Origin: a virus
Lineage: Duplodnaviria > Caudoviricetes
DNA length: 40,789 nt
Reading direction: 5' to 3' (one strand)
IMG/VR virus record: IMGVR_UViG_3300014168_000008
Span: 1-40,789 of that record
The position numbers were made by a program, and so were the translations under genes. Below, in pieces: positions 7,933 to 15,970 of this stretch. Below the pieces are notes generated by a model. That model was not told the origin of the DNA. It was given only the letters and a program-made list of their open reading frames with translations, and ran no database searches. Every line of letters starts with the position of its first letter. Positions within the stretch are counted from its first letter, which is position 1.

Positions 7933-7946
7933 TCGATTCCCCTTTT

Positions 7947-9641
7947 TCAGTAGTACGGAATATAGTGCGTCGTTCCTGCCACGTTGACCACGATGCAGGC
8001 GGTGGGAGTCGTCCCGCAATTAGATGCCACCGCTGTCGTGCTTCCATAGCCAATCTGCGACGCCGCGACGGTTGGTGCTGCTGCGGTAGTTACAAAGTTA
8101 CCAGCCGCGAATTCTGCTGTTGCTCCCGCAACGGTGTTTGTGCATGTTCCAGACGACTCAGCTCCCATCACCCCGGCTGATCCGAGGCGGCATAGACTGG
8201 AATCGCTGTTCCAAGCGACTTTCGCCGTGGTTGAAAGGCTCACCCCGTTTCCATTGAATGTGCCCCCGGAGCTGAGACTCCACCCCGGAGAAGTTAGTCC
8301 ACCGGTACTAGCGAATACAAATGCCGACGTGCCGTTCGTGCCCAACCAAAGGAGATTCCCAGCAAAAGCATTGGGGGCGTTTATTTCTTCCATCGTCCCA
8401 CTGGAAGATCGGATGGGATTGGTCGCTCCATTCGTATCAATAGCCAGCACCGGATAGTAAAGTGAGGTTGTCGTCGGCGTGCCGCTGAACAGCGTACCGG
8501 GTGCCGATCCGGTCGGCGAGTTAGAGAACGTGTTCAAACCGCTCAGCGTATTGGCTCCGCTCAGAGTTAGATTCTGGGCAAGCGTATTGCTCACCGACAT
8601 TGTGCCGGAAGACCACTGCGAAATGCCTGTCGAAGCGGAGTTATTCGCGCCCGTCCCGCCGTAAGTCGGGCTGAGGATTGCTCCCTGCCATGTGCCGGTA
8701 CCGATGGTGCCGACCGTGGTCAAGCTCGAAGTCACCACAGTTGACGCAAGGGTAGTGCCGGTCAGATTGGCCGCTGGAACCGCGTTTGCCGTGCAAGCGG
8801 CGCAAGTGCCTGTGAGGTTGCTGATGACGCCCGAAGCGGGCGTGCCAAGAGCGGGAGCGGTGAAGGTCGGGTTCGTGAGCGTCAGCCCTGCAATGCTCGT
8901 TGTCGTTGATCCAGCCCCAATTGAAGTCGAACCGATGGTGATCGGAAAGCCCGACGAAGGCAACGCGCCCAAATCCTGTAACGTCCAGGTTGTGCCGGTT
9001 TCGAGGAATCCCGCGACATGCCCGCTGGTTGGCGGAGTAGCTGAAGGGAAAAGCGCCAGGAAATTGTCCGCACCGTTCGCCCAGATGTGCCAATTGTGAT
9101 TGGTCGAATCGTGACCGATTTCGCCCGATGCAGCCGCCGCGTATCCCGCAACCACGGGTAGCTTGAATTGAGGCATTCCGCTGAAGTCGGCGATGCTGGT
9201 CCCGCTGCCGAGGACCGTGAAATTTGTATTGACAGGTTGCGTGATGGTCTGCGCGCCCGCTGGAGAGGGCACGATAGGCGTCGTGGCGGCGATGAGCTGG
9301 TTTGAGCTGTTGGTCGCGACGTAAAGCGCAGACGTAGGAACTGCGGCTCCGTTGATTTTAGCTACCGTCGGATTCGGGTAACTACCGGACAGATCCCCGC
9401 CTGCTGGACCGCTGGGAGGGCCGCCTGCGCTGGCGCCGAATTCAGTCCAAGTATTCACTGGCCCGCAAATATAGGGCGTGCCATTGATGCCGATGACATC
9501 GTTCACCGCGCAGGTCGCCGGCAGCGTGGCTGCGCCGTGGAAACGATAGGCCGACTGGCTCGATATCCCGCCCCCTGGTCCCTGCGCATGCGCGACGGCC
9601 GCGATCGCGAACAGCACGAGAGCTGCGATCTTCGGCCTCAT
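7947..9641 (-). CDS. tail fibre/receptor-binding protein with signal peptide
   Basis: start ATG9641 (TGATG coupling); MRPKIAALVLFAIAAVAHA|Q; fibre-type motifs AGGDLSGSYPNPTV, LGTPASG, TVGTIGTGTWQG..YGGTG and C-terminal NVAGTTHYIPYY. Confidence 0.8.
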   Translation of the reverse strand: MRPKIAALVLFAIAAVAHAQGPGGGISSQSAYRFHGAATLPATCAVNDVIGINGTPYICGPVNTWTEFGASAGGPPSGPAGGDLSGSYPNPTVAKINGAAVPTSALYVATNSSNQLIAATTPIVPSPAGAQTITQPVNTNFTVLGSGTSIADFSGMPQFKLPVVAGYAAAASGEIGHDSTNHNWHIWANGADNFLALFPSATPPTSGHVAGFLETGTTWTLQDLGALPSSGFPITIGSTSIGAGSTTTSIAGLTLTNPTFTAPALGTPASGVISNLTGTCAACTANAVPAANLTGTTLASTVVTSSLTTVGTIGTGTWQGAILSPTYGGTGANNSASTGISQWSSGTMSVSNTLAQNLTLSGANTLSGLNTFSNSPTGSAPGTLFSGTPTTTSLYYPVLAIDTNGATNPIRSSSGTMEEINAPNAFAGNLLWLGTNGTSAFVFASTGGLTSPGWSLSSGGTFNGNGVSLSTTAKVAWNSDSSLCRLGSAGVMGAESSGTCTNTVAGATAEFAAGNFVTTAAAPTVAASQIGYGSTTAVASNCGTTPTACIVVNVAGTTHYIPYY

Positions 9642-9991
9642 CAGCTCACCTCGACATTGACGATCGCGCCATTGGCGCTCGCCTGTATATAGCCTTTTGC
9701 GATTGTCGCTGCGGCTATCGACCAGGTGGGCGAAAGCGGCTTGGCGAGACTTGATCCGGCGTCGATCACCAATCCCGGCCCCGTCGCCGTGATATTGGCG
9801 TCGCCGTAGTAAATCGAAGTCCCACCATTCGATGGATCGCTCTGCACGATCAGCGAACTCGCGGGCGCAGCGGGCACGAGGGGAGTCGTCGGGCTGAGAG
9901 TAACTCCGAGAATCGTTCCACCCTGAAACAGTGTCCAAAGGTTGAACGGCCCCTTGGTGATGTCCGTGATCGTCGCTTTAAGGCTGGCCAA
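9641..9991 (-). CDS. small beta-rich virion protein
   Basis: GAGG RBS, TTG start; no signal peptide; IVQSDPSN..IYYGD motif. Confidence 0.7.
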   Translation of the reverse strand: MASLKATITDITKGPFNLWTLFQGGTILGVTLSPTTPLVPAAPASSLIVQSDPSNGGTSIYYGDANITATGPGLVIDAGSSLAKPLSPTWSIAAATIAKGYIQASANGAIVNVEVS

Positions 9992-10017
9992 AGTGCGCCT
10001 CGCTTTCGCATTTCATC

Positions 10018-10266
10018 CTACTGTGCCCGGAGTGAGTTAATCAATTCTCTTTTTGCCGTCTCGCCAAGCTTCAGCCTGTCACACAGCGCCTGAATGATCT
10101 TGCCCTGGATCACGTTCTGCTGCCTCTCCCAGATCAAGTCAGCAGCCATCAACCGCAGCGCTTCAATGTCCTGCATGCGCTCGCCAAGGAAACAACTGCT
10201 GGCTTCGGCCGCCGCTTGGAGGAGTGCGGGCTGGCGGCCCCGCATCGGCCGGGGTGCGCAGGCCAT
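10018..10266 (-). CDS. hypothetical protein
   Basis: fills the gap between two late genes; start uncertain. Confidence 0.45.
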   Translation of the reverse strand: MACAPRPMRGRQPALLQAAAEASSCFLGERMQDIEALRLMAADLIWERQQNVIQGKIIQALCDRLKLGETAKRELINSLRAQ

Positions 10267-10270
10267 TTCT

Positions 10271-10972
10271 CTAGTTGATGACCGATCCGGTCAGGTTTAC
10301 AGGCGTTGGCGGTGTGGGTACCGAAGGAGCTGCCGCCACAACCACTGATTCTGTGTTGCTCGGCGCGCTCTGAGCTCCCGCCGCATCCACTGAAACGACG
10401 TAGTATTCGTAGGTCGTAGAGGCGGCGATGGTGTTGTCGGTGTAGGAAGTCTGGGTAACTGGCAACGCGGTGGGCGTGATCTGCGTCGGTACGGCCCCGC
10501 CCTGGATTCCTCTGAACACCAGAAAACCGGTTGCGGCCGGTGGCGCTGGGTTTGCCGCGGTCGCTGGCGTCGAGGCTCCGGCTGTCCAAGTGAGCGCCAC
10601 ACCGCATGCTGGATTGGGATCGGTAGCACAGAACTTCGTCGGTGTGATCGGCGGGGTGGGTGGCGGCGTGACACCGCCCACGGTCACGGGCGCTGATTGT
10701 GCCGAAGTGCCTGATGCATTGACTGCAGCAACTGTGTACGACGCTCCGGCTACCGGGTTCGTGACCAGCCATCCGACGTTAGGGTCGTTCCCAAGCAGGG
10801 TGCCGTTGCTGTAGACGTTGTAGCTGGTCGCGCCAGGAGAGGCGTTCCACGTGAACGCGACCATCGTGCCGTCTTGGACTACCGCTGAGGCTCCTGTAGG
10901 AACAGGCGGCGCCTGCGCATGAGCCACGAGCCCGGCCAGTGCGAGAAGTGCGGATGCGAAAAATTGTTTCAT
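10271..10972 (-). CDS. secreted tandem fibronectin type III domain protein
   Basis: AAAGGA RBS; MKQFFASALLALAGLVAHA|Q; two FN3 repeats (TWNASPGATSYNVY..YTVAAVN; LTW..YTD..YEYYVVSVD..S.PSN). Confidence 0.85.
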   Translation of the reverse strand: MKQFFASALLALAGLVAHAQAPPVPTGASAVVQDGTMVAFTWNASPGATSYNVYSNGTLLGNDPNVGWLVTNPVAGASYTVAAVNASGTSAQSAPVTVGGVTPPPTPPITPTKFCATDPNPACGVALTWTAGASTPATAANPAPPAATGFLVFRGIQGGAVPTQITPTALPVTQTSYTDNTIAASTTYEYYVVSVDAAGAQSAPSNTESVVVAAAPSVPTPPTPVNLTGSVIN

Positions 10973-10987
10973 GATTTTCCTTTCTCT

Positions 10988-12019
10988 TTAGGGTACCGAG
11001 CCGACCCATGCGCTTCCGTTCCAATGGCAAAGCACAAAATCCGAACCGCCGCCCGTCGAGCAATCTGTCGTCGTCGCGCCATCGGAGACAAAGGCGACAG
11101 CCTGGAAGGGCGCGGGATTCGGAAGCTGGGCAACAGGATAAACATAAAGCAAATTCGGCCATCCTGCGGAAATGCCCAGCGCGTTCGTCTGTGGATTGTA
11201 GGCCAATGGCGGCTGGATCAGCAGGCTGGTCGTCGCCGGCGGGGCTGCGCCGGTGTAATGGACTTCGAGGCCGATGAGCGCAATCGCCAGCGCACCGCCG
11301 CCGTTGCAGCATCGGTTCGCGACCAGGCTCACCGCTGAATAATTTGTGGGCAGGCCGGTGAAGGGAGCAGTAACTTCGACCAACTGGTAAGGGTTGAGTC
11401 CGGGCCCGGATAGGTCGTGAGGTGCGGCGAAATAAGTTCCGCTCCCCACGCCGCCGCCGCCGGCGTTGGCGATGCCAAAGTCTTCCTGGCTGGCGCTCAC
11501 CATGTTCGATTGAGAGATCGCGAACTCGTAGATCGATGTCACGTTCGCCGCGAGGATGTAGGAAGGAAGGGTGTAGTTATTCCAGTTGATCGCCGAGTTC
11601 CCGCCGCCGAGCAGGTTCCCTGAATTCGCAGTACAGCTCGTGGCAGAGCTGCCGGCTGTCACCACGCAGGCCTGCGCAAACACGAGCGCGTATTGTCCCG
11701 ATCCGGCGGGGGTGTACTGCATCTGAATCGTCGAACCGTTGGGTCCGCAATTCGGGCAATCGATGGTGATGTTTCCCGTCGCCGGCACCGAAAACTGGCC
11801 GTTTACCCGGATCGGCGCTGTGCCTTGGGCGTTTCCCACGCCGGCGCCGGTTCCATTCGGCACGCATTGATTCGTGGGGATGTTATAGACCGTCGACCCT
11901 GCCGCGCAGTTCGGCCACTTGATGTTCGTGTTCGGGTTGAGTTGCGCGTGCGCGCTCGCCGCGCCGCAAGCTATTAATAGGCCGAGCAATCCGAGTTTAA
12001 GTGACAATGCACTGCGCAT
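10988..12019 (-). CDS. secreted Cys-rich fibre/appendage protein
   Basis: start ATG12019; MRSALSLKLGLLGLLIACGAASAHA|Q (also possible lipobox LIA|C); C-terminal YPVAQLP..AFVSD..GGG..WNG..W module typical of phage fibres. Confidence 0.75.
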   Translation of the reverse strand: MRSALSLKLGLLGLLIACGAASAHAQLNPNTNIKWPNCAAGSTVYNIPTNQCVPNGTGAGVGNAQGTAPIRVNGQFSVPATGNITIDCPNCGPNGSTIQMQYTPAGSGQYALVFAQACVVTAGSSATSCTANSGNLLGGGNSAINWNNYTLPSYILAANVTSIYEFAISQSNMVSASQEDFGIANAGGGGVGSGTYFAAPHDLSGPGLNPYQLVEVTAPFTGLPTNYSAVSLVANRCCNGGGALAIALIGLEVHYTGAAPPATTSLLIQPPLAYNPQTNALGISAGWPNLLYVYPVAQLPNPAPFQAVAFVSDGATTTDCSTGGGSDFVLCHWNGSAWVGSVP

Positions 12020-12605
12020 CGACGCGATCTCCCGCTTCCGTGGTGATGTTGAGAGTGATTGTAGAATCTCCGCTCTGCGTGTAGCTAACGAAGGGCAGAG
12101 AGAGTCCCGGCCGGAGCTGCGCGCCGTTGTAGAAAACCCCGCCCGGCACGATAACGCCAGGCGCGGTGTAGACCGAGCCCGGCACGGCGCCGCTGCAGGC
12201 GGCGAGCTCGAGGTGCGGAATGCCTGGCGGGTTCGGTGGGTTGAATGGAATGGCGCCCGATAGGTCGTAGGTGCCGGCCGAGAATTGATAGAGCTGCGTC
12301 TGGACGACATTCTTGTTGGTGTCGAGAACGGAGATCGCGTAGTAAGTGTCGCCAGTTACTTCGCCAGCGGTGATCTGGTCGTTTCCCCATAGGTCGATCG
12401 TGCCTGGCGTGCCGAAGTAGGGAATGTCGACGAACCAGCTTGAAACTTCGCCGATGATGCCGGCGCCGATGACGCGGGGAAGGTTCGATCCGTAGTTACA
12501 AAGCGCAATACGCAGCCACGCCGGATTGGTTGCACTTCCGAGCTCATTCCCCTGGAAGTCGACGAGCGTAAAAGTCAGCGTTACATCGGGCGTCGGCGCG
12601 GGCAT
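11997..12605 (-). CDS. tail-fibre adaptor-like virion protein
   Basis: AGGAG RBS; beta-rich; no signal peptide; first gene of the fibre module. Confidence 0.7.
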   Translation of the reverse strand: MPAPTPDVTLTFTLVDFQGNELGSATNPAWLRIALCNYGSNLPRVIGAGIIGEVSSWFVDIPYFGTPGTIDLWGNDQITAGEVTGDTYYAISVLDTNKNVVQTQLYQFSAGTYDLSGAIPFNPPNPPGIPHLELAACSGAVPGSVYTAPGVIVPGGVFYNGAQLRPGLSLPFVSYTQSGDSTITLNITTEAGDRVDAQCIVT

Positions 12606-12614
12606 CTCTTGCTC

Positions 12615-13085
12615 CTATTCGTACAGCATCATAAACGCGATCTGCGCGCGCATCTTATGATTCGTTGGGTCGCTCGCGATCGTTCTCGCGAACCAATCCC
12701 GGATCGGCCGATGAATGAAGCACCAATAGAAAATGGGCGGCCGGTCCTTATCCTGCCGTGCGCACACGCGCGAAATTTCATCATCTTCCTGGCTGTAGAA
12801 AATCATGTCGATATCCCGGGCCAGGTTCTGCAGCCGGCGATCCTCCAGGCGCAGCCGTTCGTCGAGTGGATCATTGCCGGCCACGCTTGGCGCCTCTTCA
12901 ATCACCGTGAGCCAATTGCCGTCGCCCCATCCGGCGCGCTGCCGGTTGCGCAGGATATAACAAACAGCTTTCATCTGTTCGAGGTTCCCGTCCACACCCA
13001 CCTGGCGCGCCGCATACAGCACGAGAGCCGCGCGTTGGATGTCATTGAGGGTCAATGCACCGCCTCCGGCCGATAGTTTTGCCAA
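12615..13085 (-). CDS. SleB/Hydrolase_2-like protein, degenerate
   Basis: L..AARQ....EQMKAVCYILRNR...W..VI and C-terminal IAFMMLYE resemble SleB (EARGE..AVA.VI.NR...IG.H.FY) without the catalytic Glu. Confidence 0.55.
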   Translation of the reverse strand: MAKLSAGGGALTLNDIQRAALVLYAARQVGVDGNLEQMKAVCYILRNRQRAGWGDGNWLTVIEEAPSVAGNDPLDERLRLEDRRLQNLARDIDMIFYSQEDDEISRVCARQDKDRPPIFYWCFIHRPIRDWFARTIASDPTNHKMRAQIAFMMLYE

Positions 13086-14020
13086 TCGAAGAGTTGTTCG
13101 CGGTACCAGGAGCTCGCCGGTCCGGTTCCAAGGGGAAACGCCTTCTCCGCTTCCTTCGGTGTGATGACCTGAAGGCGGATCATCGTCAACAGCGCCGTCC
13201 TCCAGCCCAGGTGCTTGGCACTCGTCGGCACGCCAAATTCATCGAAGCGCATCACCATCCATTCGGTCGCAAGCGGGAACTGCAGGCTGCAGAGATACAC
13301 CGGCTCCTCGGAATCGCGGCCGGACAGAGAAAGGTCGATCGACTGCCGCATCACCGCGAGCAACGGCACGCGGTAGGCGCCCTCCTCCCCAATTCGGGTC
13401 GCGTTGCGTCCGAGGAGTACTCGCCCGCTGCCCACAGTCGGGACGCGCTTTAACTCGGCCGATCCATCGGGCTTCCGCATCGTCACGGTGTAATCGCGCA
13501 CGTCCCATTGCATGCCGCCGCCGATCACCCGCATGAGCCGCGCGTAAAAGTCGATCGGCTTCAGGACCAGTCCGCGGCGCATCTCCTCGTTCTCTTTGCC
13601 TTGCCAGCGCGCCTCACCGTCCCAATGTTCGCCGGCTTTGGTGGCGGCGTTCATTTCGAAAAGCATGGCCGTCTTTTCGAGATATTCCTGCGGTGTGCGC
13701 GCGGTGCGCTTTTCTTCTTCGAGCTTAGCCAGGGCTTCGATGACACGCGGGTGCTGGCCAAGGATGAGCGAGCCACGGGTGCGCTCGAAGTCGTCGAAGG
13801 TCGGGTCTTCGGCGATGCGTTTGACTTCTTTCGCGTCGCCGGCGCCGAGCGCGATGTGCATGTCGTCGAGCTGCGTCATGTGTTCCCGATCGGGAACCCA
13901 CTTCCCTTCGTGGATCTCCTGCGCCGCCGATCGTACAGCCTTGTCGGCCTCCGTCTCCTTCGGCGCGCTTTGGTGCTCGACGGGAATAATCACGTTCAAT
14001 TTGTCGCCGTGCTCAACCAT
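13052..14020 (-). CDS. hypothetical late protein
   Basis: AAGGAG RBS; 322-aa ORF in the operon. Confidence 0.75.
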   Translation of the reverse strand: MVEHGDKLNVIIPVEHQSAPKETEADKAVRSAAQEIHEGKWVPDREHMTQLDDMHIALGAGDAKEVKRIAEDPTFDDFERTRGSLILGQHPRVIEALAKLEEEKRTARTPQEYLEKTAMLFEMNAATKAGEHWDGEARWQGKENEEMRRGLVLKPIDFYARLMRVIGGGMQWDVRDYTVTMRKPDGSAELKRVPTVGSGRVLLGRNATRIGEEGAYRVPLLAVMRQSIDLSLSGRDSEEPVYLCSLQFPLATEWMVMRFDEFGVPTSAKHLGWRTALLTMIRLQVITPKEAEKAFPLGTGPASSWYREQLFDWQNYRPEAVH

Positions 14021-14171
14021 GGCTCGCCAGCTCCTTCGCGATGCACGCGAGCAATGCCGCCCGCGCCGCTCTCAGCCGGCTCCGCAGTATCGGACTCGGC
14101 GAGACGGCCCAATCGGCCGCCTTACAAAAGGCCTCTTCCATTTTGTCGAGTTCTTTCTCTTCTTCGCTCAC
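14013..14171 (-). CDS. small hypothetical protein (52 aa; absent from ORF track)
   Basis: GTGA overlap with upstream stop; VSEEEKELDKMEEAF...; fills the gap. Confidence 0.5.
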   Translation of the reverse strand: MSEEEKELDKMEEAFCKAADWAVSPSPILRSRLRAARAALLACIAKELASHG

Positions 14172-15970
14172 TGATTCCCCTCTTCTTCCTGCTGTTGCTC
14201 GCTGGCTTCGGTGTTGCTCTGCTGAATCATAGTCGCAAGCAATGGACCAAACTTTTTCGGATCCGCTCCGGAGTCGATCGCGTAAGTCAGATACTGGCCG
14301 ATCTTCGGATTTGCCTTCACCGCGTTCATCACCTTTTCAGCCGCCGGCTTCGCGGCCGCGCCGATCGCGTTCCCCGCGAGCTCCCCGGGCAGCCCGGCTG
14401 CGTGGTAGCCGATGCGGCCGCCGATGTATGCGGGACCTAAGTATTTGGCCACTTCACCGATTCCGCGATTGAATGTCGCGCGCTGCGCGTTGGTCCGGTT
14501 CAGCCGTGCGATGTTTTCGAGGTTATCGAGCCGGCCCTGGCCGAGCGCGGCTTCAACCTTCGGCCGGCCGTGGTCTGCAACTGCGCGGCGCAGCCCGTTC
14601 ATCAACACATCGCCATTGATCCCGCGCTGCTCCTGACTTACGTTGCTTCCGCCAGGCACGCCATTCAGTGCCTTATCCCATGCGTTGCCGAAATCTTTCA
14701 AAATGTAACTCTGCGTCCAGCTCGATTTGACTTTGGCCAGATCCTCGGGCGACATACCGGTATCGTGCCGGCTGAGCAGATCCTCCATCTCGTTCAGCTT
14801 TTCGATATACGCGCCCTTGGCGTCGTTGTCGCCGTATGCGGCCGCCTTCTGCGCTGCTTGCACTTCTTTGTTCAACGTCCGGAACGTGCCGCCAGTAGCT
14901 TTGTCCAGGTGCTCGTACACGGCATTGTTCGCCGCGCCGAGTTGATCCGATGCGCCGGTGAAATCGTGCACTTTGTTAAGTGCTGCGTCCACGTCGAACG
15001 TCGGCGGCTTCACCGCGGCCGCTGCAGCTTCAAGGTGCGGCTTGACGGCATTGCGCGCTTCGGCCGCATAATCTGCGGCGCCGGTTTCGACTTTAGGTGT
15101 GAGTGCCGACACACCGGCTTTCGCGGCCGCTCCCAGCCCCTCGATCGCGCCGCCTGCAGCGCCCGTCTCGATTGCCGTCTTCGCTGCAGCGCCGGTGTCG
15201 CCTCCGGTTTTCGCGAACGTCTGCGCGCCGGCGATGCCGCCCTGGCGCACCGCGTTCTGTCCGATCTTGACCAGCTTCGCAATCATTGGATGTTTTTCGA
15301 GCAGTTGCGCCGCCTGCGTCGCGGCCTTCAGTTTCTCCGCGCCCTGCAGGCCTTTGCCGACCAATCCGAGCAGCTCCTCGCCCGAAAAGAATTCCCCGAC
15401 GTTTTCGCCAAACTCCCCGGCCGTCTGAAGACCTTGAGTCGGCCGCGCCGCGTCGAGCTGGAGCTGCTCCTCGGGTCCGGTAAGCGGTCCGCTACCGCGC
15501 ACCGCGCGGTCGAGGCCTGCGGCTGTCTTCTCGATGCCGGTACCGACACCGCTCAAAAGATTGAGCGCGTGGCCTGGCATGTCCCACCATGGCACCTTGT
15601 CGAGATATTTATCGACCGCGCCCTCGTCGATCGGATCCGCAGCATGATCCTTCGCGTAGCGTGCGAGCTCCCCCTGATTCACGAATCGATAGCCATTCGG
15701 CCCGGCGGTCTTCACTCCTGAGTACGGGATCTGCACCTGGCGGCCGTCCGGCGATTTCATCTGGTAGACGCCTTCGCTTTTTCCGCTCGTCGAGGGCGCT
15801 TCGGCCGCGGAAGGCGTCGCTGGCGCGGTAGGAGCGGCCGCGCCGGGACCGTTTTGCGCAAACCAGCTCGTGGTGTTCGCAGGGGCCGCCGGAGTTTTCG
15901 CCACCGGCGGCGCCGAAGGCGGCGGCGCGCCCGAAGGAGAATTCTGGGCGAACCATCCTGCGGTGCTCAT
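14168..15970 (-). CDS. internal virion/DNA ejection protein
   Basis: 600 aa, Ala/Gly-rich and helical; duplicated N-terminal WFAQN motif; third of three such genes. Confidence 0.7.
   Translation of the reverse strand: MSTAGWFAQNSPSGAPPPSAPPVAKTPAAPANTTSWFAQNGPGAAAPTAPATPSAAEAPSTSGKSEGVYQMKSPDGRQVQIPYSGVKTAGPNGYRFVNQGELARYAKDHAADPIDEGAVDKYLDKVPWWDMPGHALNLLSGVGTGIEKTAAGLDRAVRGSGPLTGPEEQLQLDAARPTQGLQTAGEFGENVGEFFSGEELLGLVGKGLQGAEKLKAATQAAQLLEKHPMIAKLVKIGQNAVRQGGIAGAQTFAKTGGDTGAAAKTAIETGAAGGAIEGLGAAAKAGVSALTPKVETGAADYAAEARNAVKPHLEAAAAAVKPPTFDVDAALNKVHDFTGASDQLGAANNAVYEHLDKATGGTFRTLNKEVQAAQKAAAYGDNDAKGAYIEKLNEMEDLLSRHDTGMSPEDLAKVKSSWTQSYILKDFGNAWDKALNGVPGGSNVSQEQRGINGDVLMNGLRRAVADHGRPKVEAALGQGRLDNLENIARLNRTNAQRATFNRGIGEVAKYLGPAYIGGRIGYHAAGLPGELAGNAIGAAAKPAAEKVMNAVKANPKIGQYLTYAIDSGADPKKFGPLLATMIQQSNTEASEQQQEEEGNQ

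Noticed and set aside
9642-9938. N-terminal extension of the fibre ORF in the track (likewise 12020-12310, 17800-18216, 7047-7256, 33161-33214)
   Set aside because: These overlap genuine upstream genes in other frames; downstream ATGs have coupling or RBS support and expose the signal peptides.
7947-12019. Diversity-generating retroelement acting on fibre genes
   Set aside because: No reverse transcriptase and no template/variable repeat pair seen.
13508-15721. 310-aa and 383-aa + strand ORFs
   Set aside because: Antisense shadows of late genes with no RBS or domain support.
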